Below, piece after piece: positions 30,337-40,144 of a stretch of DNA of 64,000 bases; position 1 is the stretch's first letter, and every line of letters begins with the position of its first letter. The notes under the pieces are model-generated. The model was given only the letters and a program-made list of their open reading frames with translations, was not told the origin of the DNA and did not search any database. The translations under genes and the position numbers were made by a program. The stretch lies in contig CAZMQU010000006.1 of assembly GCA_964568715.1 (NCBI GenBank), forward strand, positions 42,249-106,248. Direction: 5' to 3'. This DNA comes from an uncultured Halanaerobiales bacterium. Lineage in GTDB: Bacteria; Bacillota; Halanaerobiia; B1SED10-174.

Positions 30337-31484
30337 AGGTAGCGGCGATTATACCTGCCGCCGGTAAAGGGGAACGAATCGGTTTTAAAAAACAGTTTTT
30401 TCAATTGGCCGGTAAGCCTTTAATTGATTACTCCCTTGAGGTGATGCAGGATCACGGTGATATTCAAAAGATTGTTTTAGCGGTACCCGCTGCTGATTTG
30501 GAACGAATTAAAGAATATACGGCCGATATATTAGGGTATGATAAAGTATCGGTAATCAGTGGAGGGAGAACACGCCAGGAGACGGTGAAATTTGCTTTAA
30601 AGGAAATTGGCCCCGCCGTTGATGTGGTTATCATCCACGATGGGGCTCGCCCATTTGTTGATAAACGGCTGGTTGACTTGGTTATTAAGGGGGCTTTTGA
30701 TTATGGGGCAGTGGCCTTGGGGGTTCCCCTCAATGATACAATCAAAATGGTCGATAGTGATAAAAAAATAATTGAGACCCTGCCTCGTTCAAGATTGCGA
30801 AGCATACAGACACCACAGGGTTTTCGGCGGTTTGTTATTTTAGATGCTTATAGGCAAGCCGAACATAATAATTGGCAAGCTACGGATGATGCAGGTTTGG
30901 CTGAAGCAGCCGGCTACCCCGTATATGTACTGCCCGGAAATTTTAATAATATCAAGATTACCAGGCAAGAGGATATTGATATGGCAAATGCTATTTTGGG
31001 TAACTTTAAACTTCGCGTTGGTTTTGGATTTGACGTTCACCAGTTGATTGCCGGCCGGGATTTGGTTTTAGGAGGAGTGAAAATCCCTTTTGCCAAAGGC
31101 TGTTTGGCCCATTCGGACGGTGATGTGCTCATCCATGCTTTAATGGATGCTCTTTTGGGGGCGGCGGGTATGACTGATATTGGGACCCATTTTCCTCCCA
31201 GCGATGAAAAGTATCGCAATATCTCAAGTTTAATACTTTTAGGCAAAGTCTATGACTTGTTGTGCCGGGATAATTGGCAGCCGGGCAATATTGATTGTAC
31301 CATCGCTTTGGAAAAACCCTATATTGCCTCCTATATACCGGCAATGAAAATTAAAATCAGTAAGGCCTTGCAGTTTGATCAAGATTTAATAAATATTAAA
31401 GCAACAACCGCAGAGAGTTTGGGTCCGGTAGGTAGGGGTGAAGGTGTGGCTGCATATGTTTTAGCAACTATCTTCCCGAATTAG
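30333..31484 (+). CDS. ispDF: bifunctional 2-C-methyl-D-erythritol 4-phosphate cytidylyltransferase / MEcPP synthase (IspDF)
   Basis: IspD N-terminal half (IIPAAGKGERIG) fused to IspF half (GFGFDVHQL...HSDGDVLIHAL). Confidence 0.9.
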   Translation: MKVAAIIPAAGKGERIGFKKQFFQLAGKPLIDYSLEVMQDHGDIQKIVLAVPAADLERIKEYTADILGYDKVSVISGGRTRQETVKFALKEIGPAVDVVIIHDGARPFVDKRLVDLVIKGAFDYGAVALGVPLNDTIKMVDSDKKIIETLPRSRLRSIQTPQGFRRFVILDAYRQAEHNNWQATDDAGLAEAAGYPVYVLPGNFNNIKITRQEDIDMANAILGNFKLRVGFGFDVHQLIAGRDLVLGGVKIPFAKGCLAHSDGDVLIHALMDALLGAAGMTDIGTHFPPSDEKYRNISSLILLGKVYDLLCRDNWQPGNIDCTIALEKPYIASYIPAMKIKISKALQFDQDLINIKATTAESLGPVGRGEGVAAYVLATIFPN

Positions 31485-31652
31485 CGGTCCAAAGATTGTT
31501 AAGCCAATGAAATATTTAATTTTATATCTGACAATTTGCGGGGCTCAATTAATTTGTTCCCTAACACAGGGAATTAATCCCGTGGGGCATTTTCGTGACA
31601 GTTGTTATTGTAAAATCGATGGCATTGTGATCAAGCAGAGGGGGTTTATTAA

Positions 31653-33119
31653 GTGAAGGTTAGGGTACGTTTTGCACCGAGTCCGACCGGTGAGATTCAC
31701 ATTGGCAACATCAGAACGGCAATTATTAATTGGTTATTTGCCCGGCGCTTAGGCGGCGATTTTGTTTTGCGCATTGAGGATACCGACCAAGTCAGATCGG
31801 ATAAGGCTTTTGAGGCTATTATCCTGGAGGAAATGGACTGGCTGGGCTTAAATATTGATGAAGGAGTGGGTGCCAAGGGCGAATACGGACCTTACAGGCA
31901 AATGGAACGTCTGGCTTTGTATAAAAAATATGCCGACTATCTAGAGGCGGCAGGAATGGCTTTTCCTTGTTTCTGTACTCCCGCGGCCATTGAGAAACAT
32001 AGAGATGAAGCCCGGGCTAAAGGCCAGAATTTACTTTACAGCGGCGCCTGCCGGAATCTGACTGCCAAAGAAGTAGCGATGCTGAGGCAGGAAGGGCGGC
32101 CGGAGGCTTTGCGTTTTCGCAATCCAGGCTCGGGAGAAATCGTATTTGATGATCTCATTAGGGGGCAGGTCAGTTTTAAAGTCGATTTGTTGGATGATTT
32201 TATATTGATGAAATCCGACGGGACACCGACTTATAATTTTGCTTGTGTTATTGACGATTACCGGATGAAAATTACCCATGTACTCCGGGGAGAAGACCAC
32301 ATATCGAATACACCCAAGCAACTCGTTCTTTATCGAGCTTTACAGTGGGAACCGCCCCTTTTTGGGCATTTATCTTTAATATTGGATAAGAGCGGTCAAA
32401 AATTTAAAAAACGCTCCGAAGACCAGGAAGTTTATGTGGGCCGCTACAGGGAAAAAGGATATTTGGCGGAGGCACTCTTTAATTATATTTCCCTTTTGGG
32501 TTGGTCGCCGGAGGAAGATCGGGAAATCTTCAGCAGGGAAGAAGCTGTGGAACTTTTTGATTTAAAGCGGGTCAACCGTGCGCCGGCCATCTTCGACATT
32601 GAAAAACTCAATTGGATGAACAGTCTGTATATACGAAACCTTGCTATCGACGAGCTATTGAAACTTGCCCAGCCTTTTTTGATCAAGGAGGGCCTCGTTC
32701 TTGCTGGCAAACCCTTGCAATATCTGTTGGAGGCTTTGCAACCAAGGGTAGTTACTTTGGCAGAATTGGCTGTTGAGGCCAAAAAATACTTATCACCCCT
32801 ACCTGTCGATGTCTTTGATTCAAAGCGAGATATTTTAGGCCAAGAGGGTGTTGCTGAAGTTTTAAGGTGGTTTCATTCAACATTGGCAGCCCGGGAGGAT
32901 TTAACGCCGGAAGAGGCAGCCGGGATTATCAAAGCTTCAATGAAAGAATTAAATGTTAAAGGAAAACTGGTCTATAAACCCCTTCGTTTAGCATTGACAG
33001 GTCAGGACTCCGGTCCGGAGCTCAATGAAATAATGGCTTTTCTGGGATCCTCCGAAGCTGCCGAGCGTATTGCTCAAACTCTGGAATTTATAGAAAGGGA
33101 CCGCGTTGACAATGAGTGA
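31653..33119 (+). CDS. gltX: glutamate--tRNA ligase
   Basis: HIGH (FAPSPTGEIHIGNIRTA) and KMSKS-like motif; 488 aa; GTG start with RBS. Confidence 0.9.
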   Translation: MKVRVRFAPSPTGEIHIGNIRTAIINWLFARRLGGDFVLRIEDTDQVRSDKAFEAIILEEMDWLGLNIDEGVGAKGEYGPYRQMERLALYKKYADYLEAAGMAFPCFCTPAAIEKHRDEARAKGQNLLYSGACRNLTAKEVAMLRQEGRPEALRFRNPGSGEIVFDDLIRGQVSFKVDLLDDFILMKSDGTPTYNFACVIDDYRMKITHVLRGEDHISNTPKQLVLYRALQWEPPLFGHLSLILDKSGQKFKKRSEDQEVYVGRYREKGYLAEALFNYISLLGWSPEEDREIFSREEAVELFDLKRVNRAPAIFDIEKLNWMNSLYIRNLAIDELLKLAQPFLIKEGLVLAGKPLQYLLEALQPRVVTLAELAVEAKKYLSPLPVDVFDSKRDILGQEGVAEVLRWFHSTLAAREDLTPEEAAGIIKASMKELNVKGKLVYKPLRLALTGQDSGPELNEIMAFLGSSEAAERIAQTLEFIERDRVDNE

Positions 33120-33825
33120 ATACCCTGACCTAAAAGTGGAACTTTTGACCTATACCCAAAATCCTGAATGGGTTGTGGCGGTAGCTGCCCGCTTGTGTTA
33201 TTCGTCTTTGGGCGGGGAGGCATTAAAGGGGAGCATGACCGCTGAAAATGCTGCCAAGTTGATTGCTTCCATCTTGGCCAAGCAGCATTTTTCCGTTTTG
33301 GAGCATGCTGTGTTTTCTTTTTTAATTGAAGGGGTGTCCCGGGTTACCACCCATCAACTTGTTCGCCATAGAATCGGTTGTTCATACTCGCAGAAATCCC
33401 AACGTTATGTAAAAGAGAAGGAGCCCGATTTTATTATTCCCCCGGCAATTGCCCAAGATGAAGCGGCCAAGGCAAAATTTTTGACTGCTTGTCGGGAAAG
33501 CCACAAGAGGTACAATGAATTGGTTGAATTGGGAATTCACAGGGAGGCGGCAAGATATCTTTTGCCCCAAAGCATAGAAAGCAAGCTTGTTGTTACAATG
33601 TCCGCCCGGGCCCTTTATCATTTTTTTTCTTTGCGCTGTTGTCTGAGGGCTCAAGATGAAATTCGCTTGCTGGCATTAAAAATGAGAAGTCAAGTACGGG
33701 AGGTTGCTCCAAATTTGTTTGCTTTGGCGGGGGCACCTTGTGAAACAACCGGAATTTGTCCGGAGGGGGACCTCTCCTGCGGCCGATACAAGACTCTTAA
33801 AAAAAGGCGGGACGACGGTGGATGA
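33106..33825 (+). CDS. thyX: FAD-dependent thymidylate synthase ThyX
   Basis: ThyX RHRxxSxxxxSQRY signature (RHRIGCSYSQKSQRY). Confidence 0.85.
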   Translation: MTMSEYPDLKVELLTYTQNPEWVVAVAARLCYSSLGGEALKGSMTAENAAKLIASILAKQHFSVLEHAVFSFLIEGVSRVTTHQLVRHRIGCSYSQKSQRYVKEKEPDFIIPPAIAQDEAAKAKFLTACRESHKRYNELVELGIHREAARYLLPQSIESKLVVTMSARALYHFFSLRCCLRAQDEIRLLALKMRSQVREVAPNLFALAGAPCETTGICPEGDLSCGRYKTLKKRRDDGG

Positions 33826-34552
33826 AATTGTAGGCCGCAATCCGGTACTTGAGGCTTTACGGGCGGGGCGCAAGATAAACAAGCTGGTAATTGCCAAAGG
33901 TGCCAAGGGCAATGTAATAAGGGATATTAAAAAACTTGCCAAGGCCAAGGGTATTTCTTGCAATGAGGTTGACCGCTCCACCTTTGCAGATTTTACTTCT
34001 TTGCCCAACCACCAAGGCGTCTTGGCATTTGGAAAACCCCTCAAGCCGGTCGGGTTAAATGACTTGTTGGCTAAAAAACCGAATTTTCTTCTGGCCCTTG
34101 ATCAAATCCAAGATCCTCAAAATTTCGGTTCCATAATCCGGACTGCTGCTTTTATGGGAGTCCAGGGCGTAGTCTATACCAAGCACCACTCAGCCCATTT
34201 AACCGCAGTAGCCATAAAGGCGGCCGCGGGGGGTGTGGAATGGGTGCCTTTGGTTCAAATAACGAATCTATCCACCGCCATGGAACGCATCAAAGAAAAT
34301 GGTTTTTGGGTTGTTGGTGGAGATGATAAGGGCGAAGATATACTGACAAGCGTAGATTTTACTTATCCCACCTTGATAGTCATTGGCAGCGAAGGGGAAG
34401 GTTTGCGGCGTTTGGTAAAAGAAAAGTGCGATCATTTGGTTGCCATTCCTCAAATGGGGGCCATCAGTTCTTTGAATGCCTCCGTTGCTACCGGTATTTT
34501 TTTGTATGAAGTCAATAGGCAGAGGGGATGGGGAGGGCCGAAACTGCGATAA
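33818..34552 (+). CDS. rlmB: 23S rRNA (guanosine-2'-O)-methyltransferase RlmB (TrmH/SpoU family)
   Basis: N-terminal L30e-like substrate-binding domain and SpoU methylase domain (GSEGEGLR, SLNASVA); GTG start 33818. Confidence 0.8.
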   Translation: MDEIVGRNPVLEALRAGRKINKLVIAKGAKGNVIRDIKKLAKAKGISCNEVDRSTFADFTSLPNHQGVLAFGKPLKPVGLNDLLAKKPNFLLALDQIQDPQNFGSIIRTAAFMGVQGVVYTKHHSAHLTAVAIKAAAGGVEWVPLVQITNLSTAMERIKENGFWVVGGDDKGEDILTSVDFTYPTLIVIGSEGEGLRRLVKEKCDHLVAIPQMGAISSLNASVATGIFLYEVNRQRGWGGPKLR

Positions 34553-34696
34553 AAAAGTAACACCGCCCCTTGTTGAGGTATGGGTTAACATTGCTAACAC
34601 TGACAAGGATGGTGTTACATATAGTCAATATATTGTAAAAGCATTGTTTGGTCTTAAAAGCTTTTTCGCCGGGATGAGCAACACAATCCCGGTTTC

Positions 34697-35620
34697 TTAC
34701 GCTTTGGCGGCCCCTTTTGAGCTACCGGAAGTAAACACTTTTTTAATCGTTAAGTACAGCAAGACAGAAATAGCGGCGGAGGTTCCCAATCTGCCTCCTA
34801 CGCCTGCTAGGATACTTTGTCCGAAATAATTGATGATTCCGCAAATAATGCTGATGATAACCATATCACCATAAGAGCCTGCCCGTGCATCGCTGCACAT
34901 AGCTGCATAAGATACGGCTGTACAAACTGTTGCCAAGAATACACCTGTTGCAGGAAAAATCCAAGGTAGGGCAATCCCGGCAACAAGGGCCAGTAGGGCA
35001 GAAACTTCGACCACAGTAAGTTGTGTATGCTGTCGCAACCAAAAGCCTCCGAATCCCCAGAGTGCTGCAATCGCAATGGTTATCAATAAAGCTTGCAGTT
35101 CAAACCCTGCAAAGGCACCTGCAGCTTGAGGCCCGGTCACCGCTAACACCACCACCACTGCGCCTGCCGCTATGGTACCCAAACGCCCGCCAACACCGGG
35201 CCAGCTTTCATCGGCCAGTTCGAAGAACAAGCCGCCCAAAAGACCGGCGATAATCAAGGGTAGGTAGCTCGGAAAACGAGCCAAGGCACTCATGCCTACA
35301 AATGCCCCTAAATACATGACTACTTGATCGCGACCTTTAAATAATTGAGCACCCATCAAGCCGACTATGGCTGAAGCGACAACTGCGCCCAGGCCGAGAC
35401 GGGTGCTGAAAACAAAGGTGAAGAATGCACCAAAAAGGCTTATTGCCGCTGACCTGATCAGCTGATCTCTGGATTCACCTTTGAAACGAATAAACGCCAC
35501 AATCGAGCCGATAAGCGCCAGAGCTAAAACAATTGCCCGCCCGGCAGTGGTGGGGAAAATTTTGGTGCCATCCAAGATTGCTCCCACCAGAGCCAAGAAA
35601 ATAATAAGATGATGTAACAT
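34697..35620 (-). CDS. polytopic membrane protein with internal two-fold repeat (GVGGRLGT(I/S)AA motif twice)
   Basis: about 307 aa, highly hydrophobic, duplicated 5-TM-like halves; function unknown. Confidence 0.5.
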   Translation of the reverse strand: MLHHLIIFLALVGAILDGTKIFPTTAGRAIVLALALIGSIVAFIRFKGESRDQLIRSAAISLFGAFFTFVFSTRLGLGAVVASAIVGLMGAQLFKGRDQVVMYLGAFVGMSALARFPSYLPLIIAGLLGGLFFELADESWPGVGGRLGTIAAGAVVVVLAVTGPQAAGAFAGFELQALLITIAIAALWGFGGFWLRQHTQLTVVEVSALLALVAGIALPWIFPATGVFLATVCTAVSYAAMCSDARAGSYGDMVIISIICGIINYFGQSILAGVGGRLGTSAAISVLLYLTIKKVFTSGSSKGAAKA

Positions 35621-35840
35621 TAGTACGTCTACCTCCGTTCTGCTTTGTCTAAGCACCTGTTCTTTAATGATGAAACTAATCCCTCTAACTTATAATACAT
35701 TAGGAAGTTGCTGAAGTAAAGGAGGACTTTGCAAATTTTATCGCCGGCAGTGCAGTTCAAAATGTATTCCCTGCGGCCGGTAAAAGTAAAAAGAAAGACC
35801 TTATTGAAGTGTATGTTAAGGAAACGACTGCATTGAAGAT

Positions 35841-35865
35841 GGTCGTCAAGAATTTCTTGACGACC
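35841..35865. promoter_or_regulatory. perfect 10-5-10 inverted repeat (GGTCGTCAAG-aattt-CTTGACGACC) overlapping sigH -35
   Basis: read directly; candidate operator for a dimeric repressor. Confidence 0.4.
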
Positions 35866-35885
35866 ACAGTTGTTATAAGTATAAT
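35857..35885 (+). promoter_or_regulatory. sigma-A-type promoter for sigH (TTGACG-N17-TATAAT)
   Basis: hexamers 35857-35862 and 35880-35885, 17-nt spacer, about 35 nt upstream of start. Confidence 0.55.
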
Positions 35886-35919
35886 AGAGTAAAGGTACAG
35901 ACAAACCGTCCAAGGGGGT

Positions 35920-36579
35920 ATGTCTTTGAGTGGGAACCTGCCGCAACAAGAGAGAGAGTATCTTATTTACAGCAAACTACCTGACGATGAGTTGGTAGCT
36001 GCTTGCCACAAGGGCAACAAGATGGCAATTGAACACCTGATTAGAAAGTACAAGAACTTTGTTCGGGCTAAGTCCAGATCCTACTTTCTTATCGGAGCGG
36101 ATAGGGAAGATATTATCCAGGAAGGAATGATTGGTTTATACAAAGCGATTAGGGATTACCGCCCTGAACGCTTGGCTTCTTTTCGTGCTTTTGCGGAACT
36201 TTGCATTACTCGCCAGATTATCACCGCAATAAAAACAGCGACAAGACAGAAGCATCAACCGCTAAACTCTTATATTTCTTTGAATAAGCCGATTTATGAT
36301 GAGGAATCTGATAGGACTTTGCTCGATGTTTTAAGGGGCAGCAAGTTAACGAATCCGGAAGATCTGTTCATCAGTAAAGAGACCTACACCCTGATTGAAT
36401 CGAAAATTACTGAAATGTTAAGCGATTTGGAATTAAATGTTCTTCAAGAGTATCTGGACGGTAAATCTTACCAGGAAATTGCCGATGAATTGGACAGGCA
36501 TGTCAAGTCTGTCGATAATGCTTTGCAAAGGGTAAAGAGAAAGCTGGAGATTTTTCTCCAAAAACATAATATTGGCTAA
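35920..36579 (+). CDS. sigH: RNA polymerase sigma factor SigH (sigma-30)
   Basis: near-colinear match to SigH hallmark stretch (YRNFVRAKSRSYFLIGADREDIIQEGMIGLYKAIRD ... FAELCITRQIITAIKTATRQKH); start may be TTG 35926. Confidence 0.9.
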   Translation: MSLSGNLPQQEREYLIYSKLPDDELVAACHKGNKMAIEHLIRKYKNFVRAKSRSYFLIGADREDIIQEGMIGLYKAIRDYRPERLASFRAFAELCITRQIITAIKTATRQKHQPLNSYISLNKPIYDEESDRTLLDVLRGSKLTNPEDLFISKETYTLIESKITEMLSDLELNVLQEYLDGKSYQEIADELDRHVKSVDNALQRVKRKLEIFLQKHNIG

Positions 36580-36606
36580 AGTGGCTAAGTTTTAATTTGG
36601 TATGCA

Positions 36607-37823
36607 AGGAGGAGTAAATAATGGCAAAAGAAAGATTTGAGAGGACAAAGCCCCATGTCAACGTGGGCACAATCGGTCATATCGACCATGGTAAAACGAC
36701 CTTGACTGCCGCGATTACCCGTGTTCTGTCTAAGGCCGGCACCACCGATTTTCAAACATTTGATTCGATCGATAAGGCTCCCGAAGAGCGGGAGAGAGGA
36801 ATTACCATTGCAACTTCCCACGTGGAGTATGAAACTGAAAACCGTCACTATGCTCATGTTGACTGCCCCGGTCACGCCGACTACGTAAAAAACATGATCA
36901 CCGGTGCCGCCCAGATGGACGGCGCGATTTTGGTTGTTTCCGCCGCCGACGGGCCCATGCCCCAGACCAGGGAACATATATTGTTGGCCCGCCAGGTAGG
37001 GGTTCCCAATATCGTGGTATTTTTAAATAAAGAAGACATGGTCGATGACCCTGAACTGGTTGAACTTGTCGAGATGGAAGTTCGGGATCTTCTCAATGAA
37101 TATGAGTTTCCCGGCGACGATATACCTGTAGTAGTCGGTTCAGCCCTGAAGGCTTTGGAGAGCGAATCGACAGATGTGGAAAGTTGCGAGTGGAGCCAAA
37201 AGATTATGAAGCTCTTAGATGCCGTTGATTCCTATATACCGACGCCGGAGCGTGATACCGATAAACCTTTCTTGATGCCCATTGAAGACGTCTTCAGCAT
37301 TACCGGCCGCGGCACTGTTGTAACCGGCCGTATTGAGCGGGGGGTTGTCAATACTGGTGACCAAGTTACCATTGTTGGTGTCAGGCCGGATAAGAACACC
37401 GTTGTAACCGGTGTAGAGATGTTCCGCAAACTGCTTGACGAAGGTCGGGCCGGTGACAACGTTGGCTGTCTCTTGCGCGGTATTGCCAAGGATGAGGTTG
37501 AGCGGGGTCAAGTGTTGGCAAAGCCCGGCACCATTAAGCCTCACACTAAATTTAAGGCTGAAGTATATGTTTTGTCGAAGGAAGAAGGCGGCCGTCATAC
37601 ACCGTTTTTCCACGGTTATCGCCCCCAGTTTTACTTCCGAACCACGGACGTAACCGGTGACATCAGTTTGCCCGAAGGTGTTGAGATGGTAATGCCCGGC
37701 GATAATATCGAGATGGGTTGCGAATTGATTACACCGATTGCTATGGAAGAAGGCTTGCGTTTTGCTGTCCGTGAGGGAGGCCGCACGGTAGGAGCCGGTG
37801 TAGTAACCGAGATACTCGAATAA
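36607..37823 (+). repeat. about 1.2 kb duplicated block (RBS plus tuf CDS), near-identical to 54163-55379
   Basis: identical translations in all overlapping frames; only difference noticed is A37790 versus G55346 (synonymous Val codon). Confidence 0.85.
36621..37823 (+). CDS. tuf: elongation factor Tu, copy 1
   Basis: 400 aa, [18 protein letters not shown] motifs; identical protein to copy at 54177-55379. Confidence 0.95.
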   Translation: MAKERFERTKPHVNVGTIGHIDHGKTTLTAAITRVLSKAGTTDFQTFDSIDKAPEERERGITIATSHVEYETENRHYAHVDCPGHADYVKNMITGAAQMDGAILVVSAADGPMPQTREHILLARQVGVPNIVVFLNKEDMVDDPELVELVEMEVRDLLNEYEFPGDDIPVVVGSALKALESESTDVESCEWSQKIMKLLDAVDSYIPTPERDTDKPFLMPIEDVFSITGRGTVVTGRIERGVVNTGDQVTIVGVRPDKNTVVTGVEMFRKLLDEGRAGDNVGCLLRGIAKDEVERGQVLAKPGTIKPHTKFKAEVYVLSKEEGGRHTPFFHGYRPQFYFRTTDVTGDISLPEGVEMVMPGDNIEMGCELITPIAMEEGLRFAVREGGRTVGAGVVTEILE

Positions 37824-37886
37824 AGTTTTCGATTTAATAAGATTACTGGTTAGTTAATTTTTAAGATGATGCCTATAATTGAAATG

Positions 37887-37917
37887 AAAGGCCCGTCATT
37901 TTGATGGGCCTTTTCAA
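37887..37917 (+). terminator. Rho-independent terminator after tuf copy 1
   Basis: aaaggcccgtca / tgatgggccttt stem, tttt loop, T-run. Confidence 0.7.
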
Positions 37918-37924
37918 ATAATTA

Positions 37925-37953
37925 TTGACTTTAAACAATAATTATGGTAAATT
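37925..37953 (+). promoter_or_regulatory. promoter for rpmG-secE-nusG-rplKAJL (TTGACT-N17-TAAATT with TG extension)
   Basis: hexamers 37925-37930 and 37948-37953. Confidence 0.45.
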
Positions 37954-38005
37954 TATAAGCGCACAGCTTATTTGAAGCATTATTTTTCTAAAAGGAGGTG
38001 GCAGA

Positions 38006-38155
38006 GTGCGAGAAATTGTAATTTTGGCATGTACAGAGTGTAAACAAAGAAACTATAATACTACGAAAAACAAAAAGACGGTAACGGGCCGCCTCGAGAT
38101 GAAAAAATATTGTCGTTTTTGTTTGAAGCATACTCTGCATCGGGAGACAAAATGA
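38006..38155 (+). CDS. rpmG: 50S ribosomal protein L33 (missed by 60-aa ORF cutoff)
   Basis: 49 aa: [49 protein letters not shown] with C4 zinc knuckle; GTG start 6 nt after aaaggaggtg. Confidence 0.85.
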   Translation: MREIVILACTECKQRNYNTTKNKKTVTGRLEMKKYCRFCLKHTLHRETK

Positions 38156-38185
38156 TTTGTTGTCTGCAAAGAGGGAGTGAGAAGA

Positions 38186-38389
38186 ATGGCTAAAAAAGGT
38201 TTATTTGCCCGGATAAAAAAATTTTTTAAAGACGTTCGCAACGAACTTCGCAAGGTCAACTGGCCAAACCGTAAAGAGTTGACGGTCTATACCGGTGTAG
38301 TTTTAGTCACCGTTTTTATCGTTGCCACTTTTGTTGGCGTTGTTGATTTGCTATTCTCACGAGTTATATCCTTCTTTATTCTGCGATAA
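38186..38389 (+). CDS. secE: preprotein translocase subunit SecE
   Basis: 67 aa, single C-terminal TM, conserved KVNWP motif. Confidence 0.8.
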   Translation: MAKKGLFARIKKFFKDVRNELRKVNWPNRKELTVYTGVVLVTVFIVATFVGVVDLLFSRVISFFILR

Positions 38390-38422
38390 AGGAGGTGTTA
38401 AGCACTGGATACAAATGAAACG

Positions 38423-38947
38423 TTGACGAAGGCCTGGTATGTAGTCCATACTTATTCGGGGCATGAAAATAAAGTCAAGGCCAATTTAGAAAAAAGAATC
38501 AAAGCAACGGATATGGAAGAAAAAATCTTTCGCATCATTGTTCCTATAGAAGAAAAAATTGAAATCAAACAAGGTAAAAGAAGAATAGTGCAAAAAAAAA
38601 TATTCCCAGGCTATGTTCTCGTGGAAATGATAATGAGTGACGACTCTTGGTATATAGTGCGAAATACTCCCGGTGTAACCGGCTTTGTAAGTGCCGGTAC
38701 AAAACCGGTACCCCTTCGGGACAGTGAAATAAATGATATACTGCGAGAGATGGGTTTAGGGCAGCCCAAGATAGATGTAAAATTCAAGCTCAAACAAGTA
38801 GTCAGAGTCATCGATGGCCCGTTTTCCGAAATGGTCGGTGAAATAGTAGAGATTTATCCTGAAAAAGGAAAAGTCCAGGTGAGTATCGCAATGTTTGGCC
38901 GAGAGACTCCTATCGAGCTGGAATTCGGACAAATAGAAGAAGTATAG
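38423..38947 (+). CDS. nusG: transcription termination/antitermination factor NusG
   Basis: NGN domain ([14 protein letters not shown]) plus KOW domain (GD.V.V..GPF); TTG start. Confidence 0.9.
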   Translation: MTKAWYVVHTYSGHENKVKANLEKRIKATDMEEKIFRIIVPIEEKIEIKQGKRRIVQKKIFPGYVLVEMIMSDDSWYIVRNTPGVTGFVSAGTKPVPLRDSEINDILREMGLGQPKIDVKFKLKQVVRVIDGPFSEMVGEIVEIYPEKGKVQVSIAMFGRETPIELEFGQIEEV

Positions 38948-38966
38948 TAGGGGGGAGGTGGGCAAT

Positions 38967-39392
38967 TTGGCCAAAAAAGTGATCGGGTTTGTGAAATTAC
39001 AGGTTCCGGCCGGTAAAGCAACGGCTGCACCGCCGGTAGGTCCCGCTTTGGGACAGCATGGTGTTAATATAATGGAGTTTATTAAATCCTTTAACTCTAA
39101 GACTGCTGACAAGCCGGGAATGATTATCCCCGTTGAAATTACTATTTATGGGGACAGATCTTTTACTTTTGTAACTAAAACGCCACCGGCGGCAATCTTA
39201 TTGAAAAAAGCGGCCGGTTTGGAAAAAGGCTCGGGTGAACCCAACATTGACAAGGTAGGAACTGTTTCCCGCAAAGATATTCGCGAGATAGCAGAAATTA
39301 AAATGCCTGATATCAATGCAGCCAATATAGAGGCGGCCATGAAGATGGTAGAGGGTACAGCCCGCAGTATGGGTATAGTCGTTAAAGATTAA
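38967..39392 (+). CDS. rplK: 50S ribosomal protein L11
   Basis: [38 protein letters not shown]; TTG start after gggggaggtg. Confidence 0.9.
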   Translation: MAKKVIGFVKLQVPAGKATAAPPVGPALGQHGVNIMEFIKSFNSKTADKPGMIIPVEITIYGDRSFTFVTKTPPAAILLKKAAGLEKGSGEPNIDKVGTVSRKDIREIAEIKMPDINAANIEAAMKMVEGTARSMGIVVKD

Positions 39393-39436
39393 GTGGGAGG
39401 ATTTTGTCCGTTTGAACCACGAGGAGGTTTTTGAAT

Positions 39437-40144
39437 ATGACAGTAAAACGAGGAAAAAAATATCAGGAGAACATGAAAAAAGTTGATCGCAACATGCTCT
39501 ATGATCCCGAAGAGGCCTTGCAGATGGTAAAAGAATTGGCCAATGCAAGTTTTGATGAGACCGTAGAGCTTGCCTGCCGTCTCAGTGTCAATCCCCGCCA
39601 TGCCGATCAGCAAGTCAGAGGTGCTGTTGTCTTGCCCCATGGAACGGGAAAAGTTGCCCGAGTCATAGTGTTTGCTCAAGGTGAGAAGGTCAAGGAAGCG
39701 GAAGCGGCCGGTGCAGATGAAGTGGGTGGTGAAGATTTGGCCACAAAAATCGAAGGTGGCTGGTTTGATTTCGATGTGGCAATTGCGACCCCCGACATGA
39801 TGAGAGTAGTTGGTAAATTGGGCAGGATTTTGGGTCCTAAAGGTTTGATGCCCAACCCCAAAGTTGGCACGGTAACCTTTGATTTGGAACAGGCTGTCAA
39901 GGATGTTAAAGCCGGTAAGGTTGAGTACAGGGTTGATAAAGCGGGTATAGTCCATGTTCCGATCGGGAAAGTATCTTTCAGTTACGAAGAATTAAAAGGC
40001 AATTTTGTCGCTCTCATGGATGCTTTGATAAAAGCAAGACCGGCGGCTGCTAAAGGTCGTTATCTGAGGTCGGTGGTAATATCGTCAACCATGGGCCCCG
40101 GTATCAAGGTTGACCAGGGCAAGATACCTGCTTTTATCGAATAA
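39437..40144 (+). CDS. rplA: 50S ribosomal protein L1
   Basis: family match over full length; ATG after gaggagg. Confidence 0.9.
   Translation: MTVKRGKKYQENMKKVDRNMLYDPEEALQMVKELANASFDETVELACRLSVNPRHADQQVRGAVVLPHGTGKVARVIVFAQGEKVKEAEAAGADEVGGEDLATKIEGGWFDFDVAIATPDMMRVVGKLGRILGPKGLMPNPKVGTVTFDLEQAVKDVKAGKVEYRVDKAGIVHVPIGKVSFSYEELKGNFVALMDALIKARPAAAKGRYLRSVVISSTMGPGIKVDQGKIPAFIE

Noticed and set aside
35707-35890. Open frame (EVAEVKEDFANFIAGSAVQNVFPAAGKSKKKDLIEVYVKETTALKMVVKNFLTTTVVISIIE) upstream of sigH that reads like a protein C-terminus, considered as a yacP/Rae1 remnant
   Set aside because: No in-frame start codon or RBS, only about 55 codons, similarity to YacP is impressionistic; it overlaps the sigH promoter/operator, so more likely non-coding.
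36585-37653. Long antisense ORFs inside tuf (and identical ones inside the second copy at 54111-55209)
   Set aside because: They are antisense shadow frames of a GC-skewed highly expressed gene; their duplication merely reflects the tuf repeat.
38415-38426. Mini-ORF atg aaa cgt tga overlapping the nusG TTG start as a coupling device
   Set aside because: Too speculative; the nusG N-terminus aligns well from TTG 38423 and the mini-ORF has no support.
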